From the NCBI GenBank assembly GCA_046563655.1, contig CM102287.1, forward strand, positions 5,766,001 to 5,830,000: a stretch of DNA of 64,000 nt, given 5' to 3'. The notes under the pieces were generated by a model. That model had not been told where the DNA came from and did not search any database. It saw nothing but the letters and a program-made list of their open reading frames with translations. The position numbers and the translations under genes are program-made. Every line of letters starts with the position of its first letter. Positions within the stretch are counted from its first letter, which is position 1. This document shows positions 13,601 through 24,700 of this stretch, piece after piece. This stretch comes from Yuukianura sp. NJ FZ-2021. Lineage: Eukaryota.

Positions 13601-15289
13601 AACACCCACTCCTGACTTAATCTATTCCTAGGTACTCTTTTCTCCGATTTTTTTTTCTGTCTACAAGAAAGTGAGAAAATGACTAACAAGATTAGCACTT
13701 CAATGTTCTGATTGGCGCGTACCTCAAAAGCGTACCTGTGGTACCTCTTACTTTCCACTTTCTCTGGGTTCCGTTGTTCCTAGCCTAACAAAAGAAAAAG
13801 ACAATAGTTGTTCCCTGAGAGTAGTAAAAGTGGCTCTAATGTCCCAGTAGGAACTGCTCAAAGTCTAAAAATACTTTCACTCTAGCAAGCTCTACAATGA
13901 ACGACTAAGTCTTAGAAAATAGGTTTCTGGTTAGATTTTTCAAAAGAGAAAGTAATTTTTAGAAAATCACTTTTTTGAGATGATGAAGGGCACGAGACAG
14001 AAACCACAAAATAAATCTTGTACAATAAAACTTTCCCTCGGGCACTTTCCTTGCTTGTTGTGCATTCTTGGAATTTTCTCTCACCAAGACTTTCTCCCGC
14101 CTCAGCTTACGACTTATGATGTTTCTTAGAAAAGATCCAGTGTCGAGAAATGAAGTAGCGTCCATTACATAATTTAGTGACTCCATTTGAAAACCCCGCC
14201 TTTCCCTAAAAGTCCCTCAGTCTTCTACTTCCAGAAGACAGTCCCCTTTGGTCTAACTTGAGGACAAGTCTTTCCTCTTTAATTTGATTTATAATTTGGG
14301 TCCTTTGAGAAATTAACAAAAGAAGTCTCAAGACAATGGAAGTCCAACTAGGGCACGGCCAAAACTGATCAAAAGAACCGCTATACATAGCCTAATATGA
14401 ACATAACCTAACTTCTACACAAAACCTAACATATAAAAACAATATCCAGGCGAAACGCCTCTTCCTGATGAAGATAACGACCGCACTACCGTCAAATTGC
14501 ATTACAACAAGCACTCCGGGAAAGCTACCATTCAGAGAAAGTAAAAAACTAGTAAACAACGGAAAGTAAAAAATCACAACACTTTAGTCGTTTACCTTCA
14601 TAATAAAACGTAAAAGTAGCCAAACAGCCAAAATACCCGCCTTCATACGTTTGTTCCTTCCGATTGCTTTGTAACTTTTTTTTTCTAAAAAAAAAACTAA
14701 AATTCCTGGAAAAGACGACAACTAAAATAGACACACACGCAACGCAATGCAGACGAGCAACAGGCAGGAAACCGAAGAAGACAAGATCAATAGGCCAGTT
14801 GTCCAAGTTGTTGACCACGCCCATTTCCTAAAAAAGTCTTAATATAACTTACCAACCGGGTAGAAATGGTTTCTTCAAAGGAAAAACCCAGGAGAAAACC
14901 TCCCGACACAAAAGAAAGTCCCGACTCTTTCTCTTTTATTTACCTAACAAAGTGAAATCAAACAAACTTAAGTATGATTTGGCCCAAAACAGGCCCTCCG
15001 TTTACTAACAATTGAGAGTTACCGTTATAAAACTTAGGCGCAAGTAGCAAGAAAAAAAGTCAAAGGAAAAGTTTACATATCAAGTTACTTTATAGTTTAC
15101 TCCCTCCACTAGTCCTGCCTTTGAATTAACTTTGACAATACTATTCAAGATTCAACATTTACCTTTCAAAAGAACATTATGTAGCTACTAGAATTTTATA
15201 AAGAATGTACTGGAATCAAGTGACACAAGGTGACGTCAAGCACTAGTGACAAGGACTCATGACCATTTCTGTCTTCCTTTCACCAAATA

Positions 15290-15557
15290 GGTTCCATGCC
15301 ATTGTGTCAATTGAATTGTATCAATTGCCATTGCATCAACTGAATTGTGTCAATTTGAATTGCATCAACGCTCAATTGTGTCAACGGCTACTTGTATCAA
15401 CCAACGTCACCTAACCTAACCTAAGCTAAATTAAGCATTACACGCGTTGATACAAGTAGCCGTTGACACAATTGAGCGTTGATACAATTCAAATTGACGC
15501 AATTCAGTTGATGCAATGGCAGTTGATACCATTCAATTGATACAATGGCATGCTACC
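15290..15557. mobile_element. Mutator (MULE)/Foldback-type MITE
   Basis: About 110-bp near-perfect TIRs built from attg(t/c)(a/g)tcaa sub-repeats, with GG...CC termini. Short centre containing cctaacctaacctaa. Perfect 9-bp TSD caccaaata (15281-15289, 15558-15566). Confidence 0.85.
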
Positions 15558-15772
15558 CACCAAATATACACTAGAGTGGACCATTTCAGTTGTCTAAGGC
15601 TAACCAACCTAACGTAAAGAACACTAACTTAACTTTCACGAAGCTTATACTGCCGGGGTTCCTAAAGAAAGAAGAGCGAAAAATCGCGCGCAAAAACATC
15701 TTCCACTACAAATGGGGATGATCTTGCGCGCCATCTTTTTTGAATTTTTTTTACTCTCGTTCTCGGTATACG

Positions 15773-15862
15773 CAGCGTTGCTGGACGCTTAAACGTCCAG
15801 TGGCTTAATTGCCACTTGCATTGGATTCATCCATTTCGTCCGCTGGATATCCAGCAACACTG
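15773..15862. mobile_element. 90-bp hAT-like MITE
   Basis: TIRs cagcgttgctgga / tccagcaacactg. Flanks ggtatacg / ggtataag are a 7/8 match, consistent with a decayed 8-bp TSD. Confidence 0.65.
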
Positions 15863-16846
15863 GGTATAAGTAGTACTACCGCTGTCGTATCGCATGGACT
15901 ATTGTGGTAAAAGGTAGGACAGAAGATTTAAAAGGAAGGAAATGAAGAAAAAAATCCAAGTGCGTTTCCTTTTAGCGCTTGTAAAACTGATAGAGCTGGA
16001 GAAAGTTTCGGGTCGATACGTTCACTTCACAACCTGTTTGCTCTTCCTACCTTTAACCCTAGATCGTAACTCCCCAGCACTTCCAATTCACAAAAAGTAC
16101 TGGGTTTGCTCTTATTAAGTTTCGTCGGTGTGAGTGAGCCCATTAAGATCTCTCCTTCACGTTCTTCATTAACAATCAGCAGAATCTTATCCTAATAAGA
16201 GTAAACCCGCTGCAAAAAAGTTATGCACATTCTATTTTTCTTTGAGCTAGAATTATCCAATGTACAAAATTGCTTTCTTCAGACACAGATTGAATCCATT
16301 TCGAAAATGTTCATAGCATAAGTTGGTTTGCTGGTGTAGCGGCTAATTTAACACATTTTTCTCCTCGTGCGACTCCTTTGCAAGTTGGATTGGAATTTGT
16401 GTGCTTTCCCTCCTATTGTGATGCAAGGAAGCGCAGGGAATGGCGAGTCTGTTGATGCTGTTTTTCGTTTCATCTACTCAGTGTTAAAATTTACATATTC
16501 CACTTTTCAGTGAGAAAAGTTACAAAAGCTGAAATTAACTGAAAAAACCCTAGAGAAACACCTCCTAGTTAAAGACTTTAAACAAATGTTGTAGTTTAAG
16601 ATTTTAATTTTCTCCGTTTCTGTCCATTAGTTTTAGTTTTGGCAGGCTAAACTAAATACTGTCAGAGGAACATTGTTTTAAAAATATGTCAAAAATTGGT
16701 TAAAATGGCGGGCTAAATGAAAAATTACACTGTTTTCGCAAAAAATACGACGTCAGTTCTAACATTAAATGAACGATTTCCCTTTATATTTTTTTAAATA
16801 AGCAAAATAATTTGAACATTTATTTTCACCCTGTACAACACTGTAT

Positions 16847-19061
16847 TTACAAGTCCTTTCCCTTGCTCTGTCGCTTTCGTCTGGTTTCATCGTACTTCAG
16901 TTGTTGTTTGAGAAACAGAGCATTACGTAGATGGTTCTGAATAGAGTCGAATTCTTCAGTAGATTTCTCAGTTGATTTCATTGCTCTGAAAAAAGAAAGG
17001 ATATTTTTAGATATACTACAAAGGACGTACTACAATGGAAAAGTGTAAGTAAGGAGAAAGTTCAACATTGGGCTAAAAAGAATCTTTGTGTGTAAGGCTA
17101 TTTCTAATAAGTAGCAAAAGGAGTTTACTACTGCTGGATTGTTATTCTTTTCCCTAGTTGTTTTGAGTTTCGTTTTCTGTTGGACTCTATAGCGGACATT
17201 TTGAGAACTCAATGTTTGTTCTTGTTCGTTGGTTATTTATAGGAAGTAGGTGAAAGTACTGGGAGAGAAAGTGATTTCAATCAGATTGAGTCACGATCTA
17301 GGATAGAAAATAGACTGGCATGCTGGTAGCGGAGTAACTTTGGAAAGAAACGATATTGTTTTGGAAGTATTAGGAAACGAAGAAATCAAGGATCAAGAAA
17401 TGAAACGGTGTGCAGGAGGATTTGACGCTTGGATAACATTGGGGATAGTGTCAGCTTTTCGACTTCGTGTCATTCTAATTACTTCTTACCCAATAGAGTA
17501 GTCGATGTCGTAACATGTTCCTTGGAGGACGCGATGCTGGTTACTAAATTCGGTCCGTTGTTTGATGATGTTGGGAACTTCTTTCCGAACATGTTCCTAA
17601 ATATAGTCAAATTCCATTAAAAATTTAATACTGGTAAGGCTTAGTACTGTCAATGGAGAAAAGGAATCAACGACGTGAGCCCTGGAAGGTGACTGGAAGA
17701 GTTAATGGGGATGATCAGTCTGAGCTTCCAGGATTTAAGGAACTTTTGCGGTTTCTTCAAAAATGAAGAAGGTGGATCCATTAGAGGGATTCAATTTATG
17801 CTCTTCCGACGAAGTGAATGGTACCCATACGAGATGAATTTTCCTTCTTTGCTAGGCATCGTTATCAATGGACCGGTAGAATGCTCAGTGCGATCATCCT
17901 CCTCCAGTACTTCTGTACTAAGTACTTCATCAATCAAAAACCCACAGCTTCTACCCTGAATCAGATCGGGATAAAGGTCGGATTTCGGGCTTCTCGAATA
18001 TCTATGAGGGGCGAATAATGTAATTTCTGGGACTCTAATAGGAAAACGCTTCATGTTTGTTCAAACCTTACAAAACCCTACTGGTGAAATATTACCTATC
18101 AAATTCGTAAAGTATGTGGAATTGGTCAAGTGCAATTTTTAAGAACCGGACCATACAACCCGAAGAATGGGAGGTGACAGTACGCACCAATCATACAAGA
18201 ACATAAGAACAAGATTCGAGGAATGTCACGAGATCCGACCTTTTTACCAGCCACTACTGTCGAGTCCTTTCAAGTCATAGAGTTGTCAAGAAGATTTCGA
18301 TTTTTTTTTCTTTTAACTATACTGGACTGGACATGAGACATTTTTTGAAAAAATGTTGACAACATGACCTTTGACACCCCGTGACCCATGAACTATCGTT
18401 TCTAGGGGATCTGAAAATTTGCACATATGAGTTCCACATCCACATTGACGTGAATTCGTGAATAATTTACGAAATTTTGAAAAATGATACCGGCAATTCA
18501 CAGTTTGTGTGAACCTGGCTTAAACTTGAGATAAAAGCGGTTTTTTTGCCTCTTCAAAAATGTTTGAAAAATTTTCTTGAAAAAATGCCTCATGTCCACT
18601 CTAGTTAAAAGAAAAAAATCGAAATCGTCTTAACAACTCTATGTTTCAAATGGAACGTGGTATGATGATGATTTTGAGCGAATCATCACATAAAGGAAAC
18701 ATGCTACGGGTTACTTCATCGGAATCAATCTGGGAAATTATTAATACCTGAATACAGAAGAGCGCCAGAGAGGGATCGTTGGCCAGGATGTGCAGATTCT
18801 CGGATAGACGTCCAACACCTACAAAAAGTTCAAATTTAAAGTTAGTTAATTTACAATTAGTTAAATTGGACTCTTATCTTACACTAGTATAACTATAACC
18901 CACTTCGTCAACATTAGTATCGTATCTTTGTGCTTACCTTTACGTATTTTACTTGGAAGATCCCCGGCGCTACGTGCAGGAGAACCAATTGAAGAAGCAA
19001 ATGCCGACGGGGCTATGATTGAACCGCTCGCAATTGACGGATTCCGTGACATCGAAGCCAT
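16847..19061 (-). CDS. BORCS8: BLOC-1-related complex subunit 8 (MEF2BNB family), 146 aa, 4 exons
   Basis: Exons 19061-18938, 18818-18748, 17596-17490 and 16985-16847 join in frame with GT-AG introns. Translation ...SENLHILANDPSLALFCIQEHVRKEVPNIIKQR...LQGTCYDIDYSIGAMKS... matches the BORCS8 motif LANEPSVALYRLQEHVRR as recalled. Confidence 0.9.
18276..18643. mobile_element. MITE-like inverted repeat in BORCS8 intron 2
   Basis: catagagttgtcaagaagatttcgattttt...ttttaacta..ggacatgagacatttttt is the imperfect inverse of aaaaaatgcctcatgtcc..tagttaaaagaaaaaaatcgaaatcgtcttaacaactctatg (about 80 bp arms). True ends are uncertain. Confidence 0.6.
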
Positions 19062-21287
19062 TTTCCGCTTTGTTCTTTAAAGATTGAAAGTAATCCAGGG
19101 CGGTACTTCTGCTTCTGCCTAACAGGCAAGAATTTCCGGAACTATTTCTAAAAAAAAACTGATGTAGTTATCAGTTTAATCAGCGAGCACTTAGCAAAAC
19201 CCAAAAACAAAGTTATCAGATCAGAATCAGACTACCAAATCTCAAAAGAACTTGCAAAAATCAAAACAAACTTTTTTTTGTGTGTGCCTTGTTTGTTTTG
19301 ATTTTGGCTAGTTTGAATTTCGCGGAGTTTTCTTCTTCGTCTCACTTTTCCTAACTGAGCTGGCGCTTGACACTCCTATTTGAGAAATCAATAGGAGAAA
19401 GTCTTCGCAGACGCAAACCGACTTTCTCCACTTCTCCAGCATACCCGTCCAGGAACTTTCCAGCGAGTCCAGTATTGTAGCCATAGCATAACAAAACGGA
19501 AAAGCGATTGGAAAGAGGTGTATTTAGGCAAATTACCTTTAATTCACGTCCTCTACGGCCAAAATAAAAAGTTGTCCAGGAATTCAGCGCTGGTTGGTGG
19601 CCTCTATTCCTACAGCGCTGCCAGCGTCGCGTGGGTCACAAACCGAAGTTCAGCCTTCGGCTCCAGCCGAATCCAGGCCAGAGTCAAACCGCCCAAATCC
19701 TAAATTTAGCACAGCACGACGAAAGGAAACTCCCTCTTCCTCATTTTCTCTGTGCTGTATTTTGGAGTAGAAAGTAGAAAGTTAGGTTGGATGGAATAAT
19801 TATGGCCCATTTAAGGCCCTTTAGACGCTTTTTGGTAACTTTCTTCCCATTCCAATTCTATTCAGTCACTTACAATTTATGACTTTTAATAACTCTGTCA
19901 TTAGGACCCATTTTATATCATTCTCTCACATGTGAACTCCACATAAATGGTCTCACGAACATGTATTTTTGATAATCCAACGTGATGTGGTTCAAGTCTG
20001 AACGAAAGTAGCAGAAGTGAATCTAAAAGCGTTGATTTTAGTGTTGAAATCTAAAAATCTAAAGTCTATTTAAACCTTAATTGGATTGAAAAAGGAAGGT
20101 GGAGAAGTAAACTTTTATTTTTAAAATTTTTGCAAAGTAATCGGAAGTAGTTACAAGAACAATTAAAGCGTCTCATTACGTTGTTCTGAAACAGGATTGA
20201 AGTCCTAGTTTTACTGTAATGCTAAACTAAAAGTTTTCTGGACATGGTCGACTTTCACCAAATCCAAAAATAGAATTTCGAAAGTATACTATAAAAAAAA
20301 ATCCGCATGCCGATTTTGTTTTGCTTTTTTTGTGATATGTGACCAGAATTCGTGCGGCTATTTTAGATTTCTTTTGACCAATCCAAAAAAAAAGTAGACT
20401 ACTTTTACCCATTTTTTTCCAATCAAAGTACAGTAACTTTTTTCAAAATTACACACATTATGTTCGTAAATATTTAAGGCAAAAAAATCAATTACAGGGT
20501 TGACGCAACTTGTTTTTTTTCTCAAAATCGTTGAGAGAGATTGAAGATAGAAGAACATAATAAAAATGCCACCTTGTATGCTTTGAAACTATACTGACCA
20601 CTTTTATCCAATTTCAGAACACAAAACAACAATCGTCATAAGAACCCTATGTCCAGAATAGAAATCGATCCACGTCCAGTATAATTAGAAAAACCAGACC
20701 GAAATAGAACTGTCAAAATCCTCATTTATAAGAGTAGAGCTCTCGGGGAGACGCAGTGGGGCGGGAAGCCATAAATCCTAACGCCCGTCCCACAAGTGGA
20801 AAACAATATTTATTACAACCCGCCATCATTTTCTTTTTACGCAACTTTCACTTTTCCAGCCTCTTTCTAAAAAGTTTTAGAAATTGTTGACAATTCAAAT
20901 CAAATGAAAAAGGAAAGTTGTTAAATTGACTTCCATTATTTCCTTGCAGCATCCTTTGGAAACTTTTGTTTGATTTTTTTTTTCATTAAAAGCCTCCGGT
21001 TTTCCATTTTGCTTTTCTTGAGCAAAGAATGGGGCGTGTGGGATTCGAACTGGTTTTGGTCAAAAGCATTTGCGACACAAAGTCACTCTTCTACTTTCAG
21101 TCCAATCGATTATCCAATTCAGACTTTTCTCTTGGGATTAGAAATAAGTACGCAATGGACTTTGAACGCTGTCACAGGCAACTATCAAATATAAACCAAA
21201 TTGCACAATCCGAATCCTCCGAATGACGCGGTGGTCACAAGAGAGATACTCTGGTCTAATGCAACCATTTTTTTTTTGTTCTGACAG

Positions 21288-21757
21288 AGTGCCCGCTTGC
21301 CGATGACGGAATGGAAAGATTCTCATGTCCAACGCCTGACGCTGTTGGTCGTTATAGATGCGTCGACGATCACGTCCTGTGTGACGGCTTCATTGACTGT
21401 CCCAATGCTGAGGTAAGCTCTTGTAAAATTTATGAAAACGATTTTTCCAAAAAAAAAGTTTCCTATAATAATCCGAAATTGAAAAAAAAAGTTACCAAAA
21501 TCAAATTTTCACACAAACATTTTGCTTTGCTTTGCAGGATGAAGATCGGCAGGCCTGTATGTTCTACAAAACGGTAAAAATTGATTCCTTTTCATTAGAA
21601 ATTAGAACACTGTTAGAAAATTGCCAATTTTTTTTTTTGCGTTTCCGATTCAAATTTTTGTTTGACTTAATTTTGTCGGTTTTTTTTAAACTTTTAGACG
21701 AAAGCACATCTAGACGTGTTGGCGGATGCACTTTTGCGGTGGGCCCGAGGACGTTAA
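21288..21757 (+). CDS. jeb: Jelly belly (Alk ligand, LDLa domain), last three coding exons only
   Basis: Exons 21288-21412, 21538-21573 and 21698-21757 give CPLADDGMERFSCPTPDAVGRYRCVDDHVLCDGFIDCPNAE-DEDRQACMFYKT-TKAHLDVLADALLRWARGR*, the conserved Jeb C-terminus. Start and signal-peptide exons were not located. Confidence 0.9.
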
Positions 21758-24700
21758 ACCCGTAGTTCCGGATCATCTTCCACCTCCGCATAAAGGAAAC
21801 CAATGGGCATGACATCCAACGACCCATGACAACCAGCCCAACATCCTCCCATTCAAACCATTTCAGTTCTTGTTCGCCCTAACCTAACATTTCTAGGTTA
21901 ATTTCAAGAGTAATAACCATCGCTGGTAATCATCGCATCGTAACCTTCGCAGGTAACCCTCCAAAACTCCGCAACTTTCTCCCAAGTCCTCTTTTTTGAC
22001 ACTTCAAGCCAACGTCCGGCCCAAAATCTTGGGAACCAAAGAAACAATACGCCTAAACCAATCAAAAGACTCCAGTTGTTTACTGGTCTCGGGAAATATC
22101 ATTGATTTTTTTAACCTAACCTTTGTGTTTAGTTGACCTCGAGGTCATTGGCCTTCGGGACACCAGACCCCTATCAGTATTAACCTTTAACCTTTCAATT
22201 TACAGTCACTTTGCCCCCTTCATCTCTGTAAACAGACACACACATTTATTACTTGAAGAACATACAGACTGATTTTATGAAATCATGGAAAAGTTAACGT
22301 TAGCCCAGCGTTGAGTGAGGTCAGCAGTTAAAAGTAGGACAATCGCGTTTAAAAAAATATTTACAGTTGGTTATTCTTTGGGTTCAGAATTAATCATTAG
22401 TGATGTTAGTTAAGGTCAAAAGGTCATTCTCAGGTCAATACAAATCAAAACATGAATAGAAATGGAATATTGTTTGAAATACTCAACAAAAACCAAGAAA
22501 AGGAATTTTAAAAGAAAAATGAAAAAATGGATTGAAAAGTGTCGAAGAGGGTGATAAAATTTTCCGCCTAAAGTGAAAGGTAACTAGAGTGGAGAAAGCA
22601 TTTTGCGATTAACCTATAAACTTAAAAGTGTAAAATTATATCGACTAAGTTTAAATTTATTTATAAAACGGTTACAGAAGAGAAAAACTTAAATGTGATT
22701 TATGAATTTTTATGTATGGATTTATGAGAAATAGTGGATGGTTGACTTGCGGCGGTTCTTTAATGTTTGTGTCATGTCACGTGGTAAAACTGGTGTTTTG
22801 AAAATTAGTTTAGTAGTTTTAAGATTTAAGGACTGCTGCTAAATACTGAAGTTCAAATGGGGAAAACTGCGCTGTTTTGCATGAAAAAATAAGATGGTGG
22901 TGCTCTTGCTGATACTTAGAAACCTGTGTTTTGTCACCTAACCATTTTTTGTTCGCGGAAAAAATAGGCTGCCCTGATTTTTTTGGTCAAGAAAAATTTT
23001 CTTTGCAAAAAAAATTATAAGAGTGCTTGATGGTGGTGTAAACTTTTGGTGTTAAAACTTGCTAAAAACTAATTAAATGAGAATTATTAAGATTAAGGTT
23101 AAAAACACAATGAAAAAGAAAAACTTCAACAACACATATCACTAACTGATGCTAATGAACGGAGACGATGATGATATAAGTATAAAATATAAAACACATT
23201 CATAAGTTATTATTAACAATATACAAAAAGTTAGCTAAAGTTAACTTTAATAATAATACAGGAGAGAGAAAAATCTTACTACATCTTACTTCTCTTTTAT
23301 TAGACAAAGAAAAAAACGTTACGTGTAACACTAAAACAAACTTATTATGTTATGTTATGTTCGGCCAGGGGGTACTGACAAGCATTTCCACTCTACTCCA
23401 ACCCACATTCCCTTCCATTCCACTACCTTATTACCTTAGCATTATCCAGTATAGTGAAACATACGGTTATAAATTACAATTTAAGAAATTAGACTAACTC
23501 TAACAAAGTAAAAATGGTCTAGAAAAGTTTCACTAGAAAAAAATACAAAGGTTTTAGATTCTGATTTTTTAGTAAAAAGTCACAAATAAGTTAGGTACTT
23601 AAAAGAGTGTAATGTTTAGATAAGTTGGAAAAAAAAATTCTTTTGTTGTTTTTGTATTTTTTTTTTATCTCTGTGGACGTGTCTCCCATTCTTAGCTTTC
23701 CCCAACTTTCTCCACTTCTTCACTTGACCAAAGCTTAAAGCTTTAAGGAAGGGATCGGGCGATGAAGCTCGCTTCAGATCCCAAACCTAGCCTAAAACTA
23801 ACCTAGCCGTCAAAAAATAAGTTCTTGAACAAAATCCTGGACACTTAATCGATTGGGAATTCTCCGCCCGACGTTTCTGAGTTTTTCAAGTTTTGTTACG
23901 TTAGGCGAAACTGACAGTATAAGCGTTAGAAGAGAGAAAGTTGGTCTTAAAATGGACTAAAAAAGCTAGCTGTGTGGCTCCGGTCAGTGAGGCGTAGGAG
24001 CCAAAAATAGATTTGGACGTTCGACTTCATTTATATTATCCGGGAAATTTCTTTCTCCTTTATGTTACAACTCACCTTTTTTAGCTTTTCTCCGTGGAAA
24101 ACCGAATTCGGAGAAAATTTAAGTTCCTCCCGCCCCCTACATTCATCCGTCACGAGTCACTAGCCTAGCATCCCACTTGTCTCGCTGATTCTTGGCACTG
24201 AAACGGTAGTTTCGAACCTTATAAGGGACAGTAATGGAAAAACATTAAGTTTGTGTCGTGTCCAAGCCGAAAGGAGGGGGCCGTTGCCAAGTTGCCAAAA
24301 AACGGAGGTCATCCATAACCTATTAACATGCTAGGTTTTGCAGGGGTTATGGAACAGCTAAGGAGAAAGTCACCTTTTCATTGTTATTGAAGTGAACAGA
24401 AATGGTTTAAATTAGGGGAAGAGTGGCGGCAGCGCTTCAGCGATGCAGTGGCGGGAAGATACGGTTCAGATAACTTTGAATTTATTTTCCAAAGACTCAC
24501 CTGGGAATTGTAAGGAAAGCTGGGATTGGTTTAGAAGTGGAGACTTCTTGAGAGCAGCAGAGGCTATCTTTAAACCTAATTCACATTCAGGAGGTTTACG
24601 TTTTTGAGAGGGAAAACTTGAGTTTAATTGGGTCATCAAATGCATATGTACTTTCCTTTAACATTTCTTGAGGAATTAAGTTTTAGTACATTCAAATTTA

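Noticed and set aside
118..16800. Numerous 60-120 aa ORFs in the 5' region
   Set aside because: They show AT-rich compositional bias (F/K/L/S), no domains and no consistent exon chains.
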